64,000 nucleotides of DNA, from the NCBI GenBank assembly GCA_051251855.1, contig JBPOGI010000001.1:1376001-1440000 (forward strand), read 5' to 3'. Under the pieces are notes generated by a model. The model was not told the origin of the DNA, did not search any database, and was given only the letters and a program-made list of their open reading frames with translations. Position 1 is the stretch's first letter. The number at the start of each line of letters is the position of its first letter. Position numbers and translations under genes: made by a program. This DNA comes from Roseibacillus sp. (GTDB lineage: Bacteria > Verrucomicrobiota > Verrucomicrobiia > Verrucomicrobiales > Akkermansiaceae). Positions 42,647 through 52,734 of this stretch are shown one piece after another.

Positions 42647-43405
42647 TCAATCTACTAAAAATCTCGTACAAACTCCTCCACCGCTCACAATCTCATTCAA
42701 TCGTTCAGGATAACGACCGTTTCCAATCACCACCTGAACTCCTGCCAACAAAGCCAATTCCACCGCACCCAACTTCGAGCGCATGCCCCCGATGGAAAAC
42801 TTACCGGAAGCATCACCCACCTGCGCCTTAGCTTCCGATAAATTACGCACCTCAGGAATCAACTCACCGCCCAGTCCTTTGCAGAGGCCATCCGCACTCG
42901 TCAACATCACCAGCAATTTAGCCTCCATCAATTCGGAGACCCTGACCGAGAGCATATCATTGTCTCCTTGGCTCAACTCCTCAACCGCTACCGAATCATT
43001 TTGATTCACAATCGGCACTACCCCCCCTTTGTCTAACAAGCAGTTGATCGTATTCTTCACCCGAGCCCGGACTTCCTCATTCTGCAAATTATCTCCCGTC
43101 AAAAGAATCTGAGCCACACTCAAACCAAATTGCGAAAAAAGATTCTCGTAGGTATGCATCAACCTCGCTTGACCCACTGCTGCAGCCGCCTGCTTCTCGG
43201 ACAACTCACTCGGATACTGTTCTAATCCTAACGCCGAAACTCCCGAGCCCACCGCACCGGATGAAACTAAAACGACCCGCTGACCACCATTCACTTGTTC
43301 CGCCAGCGCCGTCACTAGCTTCACCAAAGAACCGCCGTCGATGCGGCCATCACTGACGCGCGTCAACACGCCCGTTCCAACCTTAACCACAATCAAATCG
43401 CTCAT
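42647..43405 (-). CDS. proB: Glutamate 5-kinase (no PUA domain)
   Basis: VVKVGT, VSSGAVG, AAVGQ, GDNDMLS, GGMRSKL. Confidence 0.93.
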   Translation of the reverse strand: MSDLIVVKVGTGVLTRVSDGRIDGGSLVKLVTALAEQVNGGQRVVLVSSGAVGSGVSALGLEQYPSELSEKQAAAAVGQARLMHTYENLFSQFGLSVAQILLTGDNLQNEEVRARVKNTINCLLDKGGVVPIVNQNDSVAVEELSQGDNDMLSVRVSELMEAKLLVMLTSADGLCKGLGGELIPEVRNLSEAKAQVGDASGKFSIGGMRSKLGAVELALLAGVQVVIGNGRYPERLNEIVSGGGVCTRFLVD

Positions 43406-43406
43406 C

Positions 43407-45110
43407 TCAGGAAGACGCTGATAACTTACTCGCAGCCGATCGGCAAGCCCCCCAAACCGCAGGAAAGACCTGCTTCTTACGGCTCACAACTCCAGGAGCA
43501 ATAAAGACCCCATCTTTATTCTCGTAGGGCAAAGCTTCCAGAAGAGCAGGATCACCGCTCGCCAGAATCAAACTGTCGTGCTTCGAGATATCCGTAATCA
43601 CCAACAAGGCAAAGTCACAGCTCTCCTGGATACGCAGCGCCTCCAAGGCACTCACCAGCTTGCTCTTCCGTTTGGTAAAGCCACCCAAACCACGCTCCTC
43701 AATTTGGGAAATACTGATCTTGATGCCGTCCTCGAAGAACTCTTTTCGATCCGTAGTCAGAATATCAGTAGGAGTTCCTCCACCGAGCAAAGAACCCACC
43801 GCAAAAAACTCATCTGTGAAACTCTCGGGGTCAACTCCCGCAATCGGTGCGAGCCAAGCCAACATCTCACGATCCAACTTCGTGGTCGTGGGAGAGGTCA
43901 GCATTAACGTATCGGAAATCAATCCCGCGCACAAACACATCGCTACCCCTGGAGTCGGCTCTAGGTCGCGATGCATAAACTTGCGTGCGACCAGCGTGCT
44001 CGTAGAACCAACCGGCTCATTTAAAAATCGAATCGGTTCCCGTGAGGCTAAGTCACCCGCCAACCGGTGATGATCAATGACTTCATAAATCTCCGCTTCA
44101 TCCACCCCCGTCACTGCCTGCGCATATTCGTTGTGGTCCACCAGCACCAAACGCGTGCGCTTCGGCTCCACTAAATCACCCTTCGAAAGCACTCCCACCA
44201 TCGTTCGCGTGCCTCGCCTAACAACAGGAAACAAATCTTGCTTCTCAGCAGAGAGACGCTTGCGCAAAAGAGAAACAACCTCTCCCTCTTCGACTACCAT
44301 AAAGTCACCAGAAACCACACAACTCACCTTACGCGAACACTGAATCAGCTTCGCCACACTCGCTGTATCGAGGCTCGCCATGAGAATCGCGACACCCTTT
44401 TCACGCGCCAAAGCCAACAGCTCAGTTGAAACTCCAAACCCACCCGTCACGACCAAAGCACGGACGCCATGCTCAATCGCAAACTCCTGAATCCCCGGGC
44501 GGTCTCCACAAATCACAAGATATTTGTCAACGATGCCATCATCCTCGGCGGATTGAAGACGCTTCTTCACGGTCTTCTCACTCGAAGCTCCTACCAGCAA
44601 ATGCAACTCCTCCTCGTTCCCATCACAATCATCACAAGGTGCCCCCATCGACTCAGCCTGCAAAGTCAGACAAATCTTCTGTAACGAAGCTTGAACCGTC
44701 CTCACCGCAATCCCCTCCATTTGGGCAGGTAGAAGCAACTGCAAAAGGTCGAGATAGCGAAGCAAGCCCTTCACCTCCCCATCCCTATCAACGACGGGCA
44801 CGCTTTTCACCCCACTCGCCAACATCCGGCGATAAACCGTCAAAAAACTGTCTTCCGTCGAAACCGAGATGACCTCCTTGCGAGCAATCTGTCCCGCAGT
44901 CACCCGCACATCCGTCACCAACCTTGGGGCCTCTAAGCCAGCCTTCTCCAAAACCCAAGCCGTCCGCGACGGAACCTCACCACAGCGAATCGCCTCCGCA
45001 TCTGAGCCCGTCATTCGCAACAACTCAGCCTGCCCAATCGCCGAACAAATGGCATCAGTATCAGGATTTTTGTGGCCAACCACCAGGAGCTTAGATTCTG
45101 AACTTTTCAT
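43407..45110 (-). CDS. CBS/DRTGG-domain manganese-dependent inorganic pyrophosphatase
   Basis: GHKNPDTD, LVDHNE, IDHHR, VVSRKKQ with an inserted CBS-DRTGG-CBS region. Confidence 0.92.
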   Translation of the reverse strand: MKSSESKLLVVGHKNPDTDAICSAIGQAELLRMTGSDAEAIRCGEVPSRTAWVLEKAGLEAPRLVTDVRVTAGQIARKEVISVSTEDSFLTVYRRMLASGVKSVPVVDRDGEVKGLLRYLDLLQLLLPAQMEGIAVRTVQASLQKICLTLQAESMGAPCDDCDGNEEELHLLVGASSEKTVKKRLQSAEDDGIVDKYLVICGDRPGIQEFAIEHGVRALVVTGGFGVSTELLALAREKGVAILMASLDTASVAKLIQCSRKVSCVVSGDFMVVEEGEVVSLLRKRLSAEKQDLFPVVRRGTRTMVGVLSKGDLVEPKRTRLVLVDHNEYAQAVTGVDEAEIYEVIDHHRLAGDLASREPIRFLNEPVGSTSTLVARKFMHRDLEPTPGVAMCLCAGLISDTLMLTSPTTTKLDREMLAWLAPIAGVDPESFTDEFFAVGSLLGGGTPTDILTTDRKEFFEDGIKISISQIEERGLGGFTKRKSKLVSALEALRIQESCDFALLVITDISKHDSLILASGDPALLEALPYENKDGVFIAPGVVSRKKQVFPAVWGACRSAASKLSASS

Positions 45111-45198
45111 GAAATTACGGTTTCCCGTTGGGTAGAAACTTTAAGCCAAAGCCCCCCTGCAAACAAGGAAAGACTAACAAGGGACCCGAACCTCGGAA

Positions 45199-46959
45199 CT
45201 ACATCTTTTCGGGGACTTGAATCCCCAACAACCCAAGCCCTTGCTTGAGAACCCGCGCCGTCACCTCACACAAAGTCAATCGCGAAGCCTTCGTAGGCCC
45301 TTCCGACTTCAACACGGGACAACTCTGGAAAAAGGAGTGATAAGCCCGGGCCAAGTCCAGCAAGTAACTCGCCAACACATTGGGCCTTAAATCCTCCAGA
45401 ACCTGCGGCACCACTTCACCATAACGCGCAATCATCCGCGCCAGGTGAACTTCTCGCTCATCTTCCAGAATTAAATCATCGCCCGCCAGCGCCACTTCTC
45501 CCTCTAACTTCCTGAAAATACTACGGCAGCGGACATAACTATACTGCAGATAAGGGGCGGTGTCTCCTTCAAGAGCCACCATCTTCTCGAGGTCATACAT
45601 GTAGTCCGACTCACGACGATGGGAAAGCTCCATGAATTTGATCGCACTCAAGCCAATCAATTCCGCCAGTTCTTCCTTCTCCTGAGCATCTTCCAAGAAA
45701 CTTTTCTCCGCCACCGACTTGCGCGCCGCTTCCACAGCATCATTGATGACATCCTGCAACTCCGGCAAATCGCCCGCACGCGTCTTCAGCGGCGTGCCGT
45801 CCTTACCGAGAATCGTTCCAAACTTCACATGCTGTAGCTCAGCCTCGCACCCCCGACGCTTCGCCACTTCAAAGAGCCTTGCAAAGTGCTCCTCCTGACG
45901 AAAGTCCACCACATACCAAATCACCTCCGCCTGCCACTCCTTCAAGCGGTAGTCGATGGTCGCGATATCGGTCGTAGCATAGTTAAAGCCGCCGTCACTC
46001 TTCCGAATAATAAAGGGATAATCCTCCACCCCCTCCTTGGTCGTCTTCAAGAACGGATCCTTCTTCGGAGGCAATTCACCTGCGGAAAAGACACAAATCG
46101 CCCCTTCGCTCTCACGAGCCATCCCCGAAGCCACCATCTCATCCACCACGGGTCCAAGCTGGTCATTATAGAAACTCTCGCCCAACCAGTGATCAAAACT
46201 CACATCCAAACGGTCATAAATCGCATTCAGACCCGCCTTCGACAACTCGATACAGCGCTGCCAAATGGCGGTATTCTCCTCATCGCCGCTCTGTAGCTTC
46301 ACCAACTCAGCCCGACACAAATTCGCAATCTCCTCGTCGGCCTTCGTCGAACTACTGCCCAGACGATACAAACGCAGCAGCTCACGCAACGGCTCTTCCT
46401 CCAGCGCCGCCTCATCCAGCTCCTTCTTCCAGGCCCACAAAACCATTCCAAATTGCGTGCCCCAATCCCCGATATGGTTATCCCGAATCACCTCATGACC
46501 CACGAAGCTCGTGATCCGTGCCAAAGACTCCCCAATCACCGTCGACCGGATATGGCCCACGTGCATCGGCTTGGCTACGTTCGGAGCAGAAAAATCTAAC
46601 ACAATCCTTTGAGGCTCTGCAACTAAAGGAATTCCCAACCTTTCATCCCGAAACGTCGCCCTCAGATGCTCCGCAAAGAAGGTCGGCTCCAGCTTAAAGT
46701 TGATAAAACCAGGCCCCGCTAAAGAGCAAACAGCCTTCCCCGCCAACTCAGATTCCAGCAATTCCAACACCTCTTCAGCCAGCACTCGTGGATTCTTCTT
46801 CGCCGCTTTCGCCAACATCATCGCCGCGTTCGACTGATAGTCCCCATGACGAATATCAGACGCCGCAACCACAGCCACGCGCCCAAGGTCATCGCCCTCA
46901 ATTCCCGCTTTCTCAAATGCCGCTACTAAAAGCCCACGCAAGGTGTCCGCCAAAGTCAT
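45199..46959 (-). CDS. argS: Arginine--tRNA ligase
   Basis: HGDYQSN, PNVAKPMHVGHIRST, GDWGTQFG, GDTAPYLQY. Confidence 0.97.
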   Translation of the reverse strand: MTLADTLRGLLVAAFEKAGIEGDDLGRVAVVAASDIRHGDYQSNAAMMLAKAAKKNPRVLAEEVLELLESELAGKAVCSLAGPGFINFKLEPTFFAEHLRATFRDERLGIPLVAEPQRIVLDFSAPNVAKPMHVGHIRSTVIGESLARITSFVGHEVIRDNHIGDWGTQFGMVLWAWKKELDEAALEEEPLRELLRLYRLGSSSTKADEEIANLCRAELVKLQSGDEENTAIWQRCIELSKAGLNAIYDRLDVSFDHWLGESFYNDQLGPVVDEMVASGMARESEGAICVFSAGELPPKKDPFLKTTKEGVEDYPFIIRKSDGGFNYATTDIATIDYRLKEWQAEVIWYVVDFRQEEHFARLFEVAKRRGCEAELQHVKFGTILGKDGTPLKTRAGDLPELQDVINDAVEAARKSVAEKSFLEDAQEKEELAELIGLSAIKFMELSHRRESDYMYDLEKMVALEGDTAPYLQYSYVRCRSIFRKLEGEVALAGDDLILEDEREVHLARMIARYGEVVPQVLEDLRPNVLASYLLDLARAYHSFFQSCPVLKSEGPTKASRLTLCEVTARVLKQGLGLLGIQVPEKM

Positions 46960-47021
46960 GAGGGGTAGTTGCCTCCATTGCCTCTCTTTTTCAAGTCTTG
47001 CGTGAAGCGGAGAAGATGAGA

Positions 47022-47188
47022 ACCGCAGATGAACGCTGATAAACGCAGATTTGACGAGGTCGTATCATTTTTTGAAGAATATTGAATGAATCAGATTGAA
47101 GCTGAAATTCCGCTAAGACCCCATTCAATCCAAATTCCAAATAAGCAATGGTTCGTCAAATCTGCGTTCATCTGCGTTCATCTGCGGT
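47022..47188. repeat. 36-bp inverted repeat built from 10-bp GAACGCAGAT units (REP/MITE-like)
   Basis: Arms 47022-47057 and 47153-47188 are reverse complements with 2 mismatches. Confidence 0.85.
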
Positions 47189-47242
47189 AAAAAAGACCAA
47201 AGAATCTTAGCCATTCCCAGTATCACTCCTCATACTTCCTCA

Positions 47243-48619
47243 ATGAAAACTCTCCTCATCCTCTTTCTCACCACCCTCCTCTGCTCCGCAAAGACGCCCC
47301 TCAACGTCATCGTCATCTTCACCGACGACCAAGGATACAACGACCTCGGCTGTTTCGGCTCCAAAATCATTAAGACCCCCCACCTCGACCAACTCGCCAA
47401 AGAAGGCAAAAAATTCACTTCCTTCTACGTCGCAAGCCCCGTGTGCTCCCCCTCCCGCGCCGCCCTCCTCACCGCCTGCTACCCCAAGCGCGTCGGCATG
47501 CATCGCCACGTCCTTTTCCCCAAATCCACCTACGGACTCAACCCCAAGGAACACACCCTCGCCGACCACTTCTCCTCCCACGGCTACGCCACCGCCTGCG
47601 TCGGCAAGTGGCACCTCGGCCACCTTCCCGAAGTCCTCCCCATTACCAACGGTTTCGACAGCTATTACGGCATTCCCTACTCCAACGACATGAATCACCC
47701 CGACAACAAGGGGAAGCCCAAGGGTGGCCATGACGGCATGGATGCCCTCTGGAACGATCCCGAAAGCACCCTCACCGCTTGGAAGACCCCGCTCATGGAG
47801 AACGAAAAAATCATCGAGCTCCCCGTCGACCAACGCACCATCACCCGTCGCTACACCGACAAGGCCATCGAATTCATTGAGAAAAACACCGCCGAAGAAA
47901 AGCCCTTCTTCCTCTACCTTCCTCACTCCATGCCCCACATCCCCCTCTACGTTCCCGACGAGATTCAGGACAAAGACCCCAAGCGCGCCTACATCAACGT
48001 CATCGAACACATCGACACCCAAGTCGGCCGCATCATCACCACCTTACGCGAGAAAAACATCGCCGAAAACACCCTCGTCATCTTCACCTCCGACAACGGC
48101 CCCTGGCTCCGCTTCAAACACCATGGCGGCTCTGCCCTCCCGCTCCGTGACGGTAAAGGAACCACTTTCGAAGGCGGCCAACGCGTCCCCTGCATCATGT
48201 GGGCTCCCAGTCGCATCGAACCCGACACCACCTGTGACCAAATCCTCTCCACCCTCGACCTTCTCCCCACCCTCGCAGCCCTCAGCAAAACCGAACTTTC
48301 GGTTGAACATAAAATCGACGGCCTTGACGCCTCCCAAACCATCCTCGCCAACGAGAAGTCACCTCGCGACGAATTCGTCTACTACACCTCTAGAGGCGAC
48401 CTTGCTGGCATCCGCAATGACCATTGGAAACTCCTCCAAACCGGCTCCGCCAGCAAGAAGAAGACCCTCCTCTTCAACCTCGCCAAAGACCTCTCCGAAA
48501 CCACCAACCTCGCCGCTGAGCACCCCGAAATCGTCACCCGCCTCACAGCCCGCATGATCGAAGTAGATGCCGAAATCACCACCAACGCCCGCCCAGTCTG
48601 GGGAACAATGAATCGGTAA
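47243..48619 (+). CDS. Formylglycine-dependent sulfatase
   Basis: Signal peptide, DDQGY, CSPSRAALLT, GKWHLG, TSDNG. Confidence 0.93.
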   Translation: MKTLLILFLTTLLCSAKTPLNVIVIFTDDQGYNDLGCFGSKIIKTPHLDQLAKEGKKFTSFYVASPVCSPSRAALLTACYPKRVGMHRHVLFPKSTYGLNPKEHTLADHFSSHGYATACVGKWHLGHLPEVLPITNGFDSYYGIPYSNDMNHPDNKGKPKGGHDGMDALWNDPESTLTAWKTPLMENEKIIELPVDQRTITRRYTDKAIEFIEKNTAEEKPFFLYLPHSMPHIPLYVPDEIQDKDPKRAYINVIEHIDTQVGRIITTLREKNIAENTLVIFTSDNGPWLRFKHHGGSALPLRDGKGTTFEGGQRVPCIMWAPSRIEPDTTCDQILSTLDLLPTLAALSKTELSVEHKIDGLDASQTILANEKSPRDEFVYYTSRGDLAGIRNDHWKLLQTGSASKKKTLLFNLAKDLSETTNLAAEHPEIVTRLTARMIEVDAEITTNARPVWGTMNR

Positions 48620-48630
48620 CCGGGACCGTC

Positions 48631-48737
48631 ACTGGGACCGCTGGTCTTCGACCGGCCCCAACGGTTGATTATTGCGGCTGCGAACAGGAGAGTTTTGACG
48701 ATGGCAGCGGGGCCGGTCACAGACCAGCGCTCCCAGT
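48631..48737. repeat. 29-bp inverted repeat (REP-like)
   Basis: Arms 48631-48659 and 48709-48737, 3 mismatches. Confidence 0.75.
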
Positions 48738-48804
48738 CCGAACCCAACAGACAGAGAACCTTCGTGCCCTTCGCCCCCTTCACGGTTAATCATCAGAACA
48801 GCGC

Positions 48805-49827
48805 ATGACCGACCCTTTCGACCCCAAAACGGCTCCCGAAGAAGACACCCCCTTCGACGTCTCCCTGCGCCCCCCCGACTTCGACGACTTTCACGGTCAG
48901 GAAAAAGTCAAAGACCGCCTCATCCTCATGGTCGAAGCCGCCAAGCAACGCGACGACGTCCTCGAACACGTCCTTCTCTCCGGCCCTCCCGGACTCGGCA
49001 AAACCACCCTCGCCAACATCATCGCTGCCGCCACCGGCACCACTCTCCACACCACCTCCGGCCCGCAAATCGAAAAAGCCGGAGACCTCGCCGGCATCCT
49101 CACCAACCTGCAAAAAGGCGACCTCCTCTTCATCGACGAGATTCACCGCCTCCACCCCGCCATCGAGGAATACCTCTACCCCGCCATGGAGGACTACCGA
49201 CTCGACATCATCATCGACTCCGGCCCCTCCGCTCGTTCCATCCAACTCAACCTTCCCAAGTTCACCCTTGTTGCCGCCACCACCCGCGCTGGCAAACTCA
49301 CCGCCCCTCTCCGCTCCCGCTTCGGCCTCATCAACCGCCTCGACTACTACACCGCAGAAGAACTCGCCCACATCATTCGCCGCACCGCCGACATCATCGA
49401 CGTCCCCATCGACACCGAAGGCTCTGTCGAAATCGCGCGCCGTTCCCGAGGCACCCCGCGCATCGCCAACAACCTTCTCCGTTGGGTACGCGACTATGCA
49501 CAAGTCCGCGCCCAAGGCGACATCACCGGCCCCGTCGCCATCGCCGCCCTCGGCATGATCGACATCGACTCCGACGGCCTCGACGAAATGGACAAGCGCC
49601 TCTTAGAAGCCCTCATCTACAAATTCCAAGGCGGACCCTGCGGTCTGAAAACCCTCGCCACCGCCCTCGGCGAAGACGAATCCACCCTAGAAGAAGTGCA
49701 CGAACCCTTCCTCATCATGCAAGGCTTCCTCAAACGCACCCCCCGCGGCCGCGTCGCCCTCCCCCCCGCCTACCAAAAAATCGGAGCCGAACCACCCAGC
49801 CCCGATGGCCAAGCAGCTCTCCTCTAA
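48805..49827 (+). CDS. ruvB: Holliday junction branch migration helicase
   Basis: [36 protein letters not shown]. Confidence 0.97.
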   Translation: MTDPFDPKTAPEEDTPFDVSLRPPDFDDFHGQEKVKDRLILMVEAAKQRDDVLEHVLLSGPPGLGKTTLANIIAAATGTTLHTTSGPQIEKAGDLAGILTNLQKGDLLFIDEIHRLHPAIEEYLYPAMEDYRLDIIIDSGPSARSIQLNLPKFTLVAATTRAGKLTAPLRSRFGLINRLDYYTAEELAHIIRRTADIIDVPIDTEGSVEIARRSRGTPRIANNLLRWVRDYAQVRAQGDITGPVAIAALGMIDIDSDGLDEMDKRLLEALIYKFQGGPCGLKTLATALGEDESTLEEVHEPFLIMQGFLKRTPRGRVALPPAYQKIGAEPPSPDGQAALL

Positions 49828-49910
49828 AAAACGGACAGTACGGAACGCAGGTTGATATGCCCTTTGGGTGCTTCAGCACGCCCCGCCGGTCCGTTCACGA
49901 AAAAGTCAGC

Positions 49911-50249
49911 CTACTTCTTTTTTGAGTCCTCAGCCTTGACCTTCTTCTTCAACACCAGCATTCCCGTCTTCGTCTCAGAGACCACCCGATCCACTGGCAC
50001 TTTCGCGAGCGGCTTGCCTTTCGGATTTTTGGGATCTTTGGCAAAGTAATACATCGTCCGCACCTTCGTTGAATTCTTAAGCTTCACCTCTGTTGAAAAA
50101 AGGTAGTATGTCTTGCCCTTCGAATTGGTGTGCGCATACGGACCGGCAGCCTTTGCTGATTCGGGTGCCTGCTTGGATTCCTCAGCCTGTGAATAGGACG
50201 CGGAACAAACGAGCACCAGGATGACTAGGAGGTTTTTTAATGAGTTCAT
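49911..50249 (-). CDS. Small exported basic protein
   Basis: Signal peptide from MNSLK, then a YAHTNSKGKTYYLF...YYFAK domain. Confidence 0.65.
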   Translation of the reverse strand: MNSLKNLLVILVLVCSASYSQAEESKQAPESAKAAGPYAHTNSKGKTYYLFSTEVKLKNSTKVRTMYYFAKDPKNPKGKPLAKVPVDRVVSETKTGMLVLKKKVKAEDSKKK

Positions 50250-50402
50250 CGTCTCGAGCTTATTCCCAAGCGCCTTAAAAGCGACTACCATTTTCAGAGC
50301 TCATCTACTAATCCACCTGCAGAGCGCCCACACAGCACAGAGTTTCTACATTGCAAAATGGGTCAAAGAAGAGAGGCTTTTCTCACCCAATCATCATATT
50401 CC

Positions 50403-51230
50403 ATGAACAACCTTTTCCCCGTCTTCATTCTCGTTTCGCTTTCAATGGTCGCGAAATCACAAATCCAAGTGGCTTGGCAATATGATTTCGATGTGAGCCA
50501 AACTGACAACCCCACCTTGGAATTTTCCATTTCGCAGATTCGAACCTCAGCATCGAATTACTGTTTGGCCGAGTATCGAGCCAGTGATGGCGACACTCCA
50601 GTGGAACAGCGACTCGTGTTCTTGGACCCTGCGGGCAATCAGCTTTGGATGAGCGAAAACATCACTACTACCTATGGGCTCCCCTTATCCTCATCCTTCA
50701 ATGATATTGAGATCCAACGTGTCGGAGCAGGGTCACTCACGGTCGGAATCCTCTCCATTTTTGAGGAAAGCGATCTGTTTGCAAGCGAGAGCATCCTTCG
50801 ATTCGCTCAGGATGCCAGTCCTCAGGTTTTGACCCTAGACCTCGCTCCGGGAGAATATCTAGCGCTTCAAAAAGTAGATCCCGTCCAAGACTTCACTTAC
50901 GATGTTCCCGCTTCTACCTCCGGAGAAAACGGATTTTTCACGACCGGATTTTTAGCTGAATCAGCAAGCGCTGAAAGCATTCGCCGCTACCTATTCTCAG
51001 CAACTCCTTCCTTGGATATCGTCACCACCGCAGGTGTTTCCTCTGGAAGCGCAGTTCTGGTTTGGGAGGGAGAGGCAGGAGCCAGCTACCAAGTTCAAAG
51101 AACAACCGACCTGTCGGACTCCGAGTCTTGGGTCAATCTGAGCGGCTTAATTTCTGGTAACGGAGCGACTCAAACCTGGGCCTCAGAAATCCAAAGTGCG
51201 AGTGCGTTCTTCCGCTTGATCCAATTATAG
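50403..51230 (+). CDS. Exported protein with a Verrucomicrobia-style C-terminal domain
   Basis: Signal peptide MNNLF. C-terminal W...GASYQVQRTTDL...W...FFRL pattern. Confidence 0.7.
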   Translation: MNNLFPVFILVSLSMVAKSQIQVAWQYDFDVSQTDNPTLEFSISQIRTSASNYCLAEYRASDGDTPVEQRLVFLDPAGNQLWMSENITTTYGLPLSSSFNDIEIQRVGAGSLTVGILSIFEESDLFASESILRFAQDASPQVLTLDLAPGEYLALQKVDPVQDFTYDVPASTSGENGFFTTGFLAESASAESIRRYLFSATPSLDIVTTAGVSSGSAVLVWEGEAGASYQVQRTTDLSDSESWVNLSGLISGNGATQTWASEIQSASAFFRLIQL

Positions 51231-51310
51231 CTTGCGAAACGTGGATTTCCAAAAAAGAGCAAGCCAGAGCCTTAGCTCCAACTTGCGCTCGTATTCAAGA
51301 AGGTGGTTCT

Positions 51311-51682
51311 CTAGCTCAGGCTATGCAGCCCCACATTGTTCCCCTCGCTGTCCTCGAAGACCGCGATGAAGCCATGGGGAGGAATCGCCATTTTTTCTAA
51401 TACAATCTTCCCTTCCGCCTCTTGGATCCGCGCGACCACCGCGTCGAGTTCACCCTCTACATTCAAGTAGATCAGAGTTCCACCCGGTCCCGGCTGACAA
51501 TGCTCAATCTTCATCAAGGCTCCACCCACGCCCTCCTTCTCATCGCAAGGAAAAGCAGCCATCTCGCACATTTCCGATGGCATATCGGTCAAGGTCACGC
51601 CCAAAATCTTCTCATAAAAGGCCTTCGCTCTCTCCAGATCAGCCACATAAATCTCAAACCAATTCAACGCATTCTTTTTCAT
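51311..51682 (-). CDS. VOC/glyoxalase family protein
   Basis: WFEIYVADLERAKAFY...GFIAVFEDSEGN.VGLH. Confidence 0.9.
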   Translation of the reverse strand: MKKNALNWFEIYVADLERAKAFYEKILGVTLTDMPSEMCEMAAFPCDEKEGVGGALMKIEHCQPGPGGTLIYLNVEGELDAVVARIQEAEGKIVLEKMAIPPHGFIAVFEDSEGNNVGLHSLS

Positions 51683-51739
51683 AATCTGTTTCTATTTAGA
51701 ATCCACTCAATGAATTCGATTCCATAGAAACATATCCCA

Positions 51740-51757
51740 CTGACAACCCTATGTCAG
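51740..51757. promoter_or_regulatory. Palindrome CTGACA-N6-TGTCAG, candidate WYL-regulator operator
   Basis: Perfect 6-bp arms 57 nt upstream of the VOC ATG, overlapping the regulator stop codon. Confidence 0.55.
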
Positions 51758-52734
51758 GAGGATTTCACCGACTTCAATCCTTCAACATCCTCAGTGAAAT
51801 ATTGGGCAGCAACCTCCTGCGCATTCAACTTCACCTTTTCCACCAACTCATCGGGAGAAATCGCTCTCACCCCTGTCCCCAAGCCCAGCAGCCACGCCGC
51901 GAGCCAATCAATCGAATAAGCCCCTGCACGCAACCGAGCCCCTCCATTTGGCAAATCCTCTCGTTCGATAAGGCGCGCAGGCATCTCCGACAGTAATCTC
52001 TCCAAAGCCCATCTCTCGCACTCAAGGGTCACCTCCCTCAGCGCATCTGCATGGACATCACCCTCAAGAAACTCCATCACCGAGAAATCCTCATGCCCTA
52101 CGAACCCTTCTTCCATGACCTCCCAGCTTCGAACCCGGTCCAAGCGAAAATTCCGCATCGCCTGCCGCATTCGACACCAAGCTAACAAATGCCAACACCC
52201 ACCATAGAAGACCACCCCCAGCGCCTCTACCACTCGTTCCGAAATTTCTCCCTTCGAAGCGGTATCATAGCGCAACGAAAGACACTTTCTCCGCACCACC
52301 GCTTCCTGCACCGACATCAACGACTGCACCTCCTCCAAGGTTCTATTTCCGCCCCAAACACTCACCGAATTCCCCAGCCGCGATAAGTAATCCTTCTTCT
52401 CCTCCGGAAGAACTGACCGCACCTTCAACAACGCCCCTTGCAGCGAACGCTTCAAAGATTCATCTCCGAACTGCTCCACCAACTCACCGCTCATAAAGAG
52501 AGCGGCAGCTTCCTCTTCAGTGAACATAATGGGTGGCATGTGATAACCGCGCATCAAACTATAGCCCACCCCCGCCTCTGCCACGATGGGAACTCCCACT
52601 TCCCCCAACGAAGCAATATCGCGGTAGACCGTCCTGACCGAAATTTCAAAATGCTCTCCAATCTGGTCAGCCGTCACTACGCGCCGCCCTTGCAGCATCA
52701 GAATCATCGCAGTCAGACGGTCAATACGATTCAT
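51754..52734 (-). CDS. YafY-family HTH-WYL transcriptional regulator
   Basis: Start MNRIDRL, ISVRTVYRDI, WHLLAWC..R...RNFRLDR. Confidence 0.92.
   Translation of the reverse strand: MNRIDRLTAMILMLQGRRVVTADQIGEHFEISVRTVYRDIASLGEVGVPIVAEAGVGYSLMRGYHMPPIMFTEEEAAALFMSGELVEQFGDESLKRSLQGALLKVRSVLPEEKKDYLSRLGNSVSVWGGNRTLEEVQSLMSVQEAVVRRKCLSLRYDTASKGEISERVVEALGVVFYGGCWHLLAWCRMRQAMRNFRLDRVRSWEVMEEGFVGHEDFSVMEFLEGDVHADALREVTLECERWALERLLSEMPARLIEREDLPNGGARLRAGAYSIDWLAAWLLGLGTGVRAISPDELVEKVKLNAQEVAAQYFTEDVEGLKSVKSS

Noticed and set aside
42647..43405. ProB lacking the PUA domain as a novelty
   Set aside because: PUA-less glutamate 5-kinases are a known, widespread form.
47240..49515. Long antisense and alternate-frame ORFs over the sulfatase and ruvB
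   Set aside because: Explained by extreme C-ending codon bias removing stop codons in other frames.
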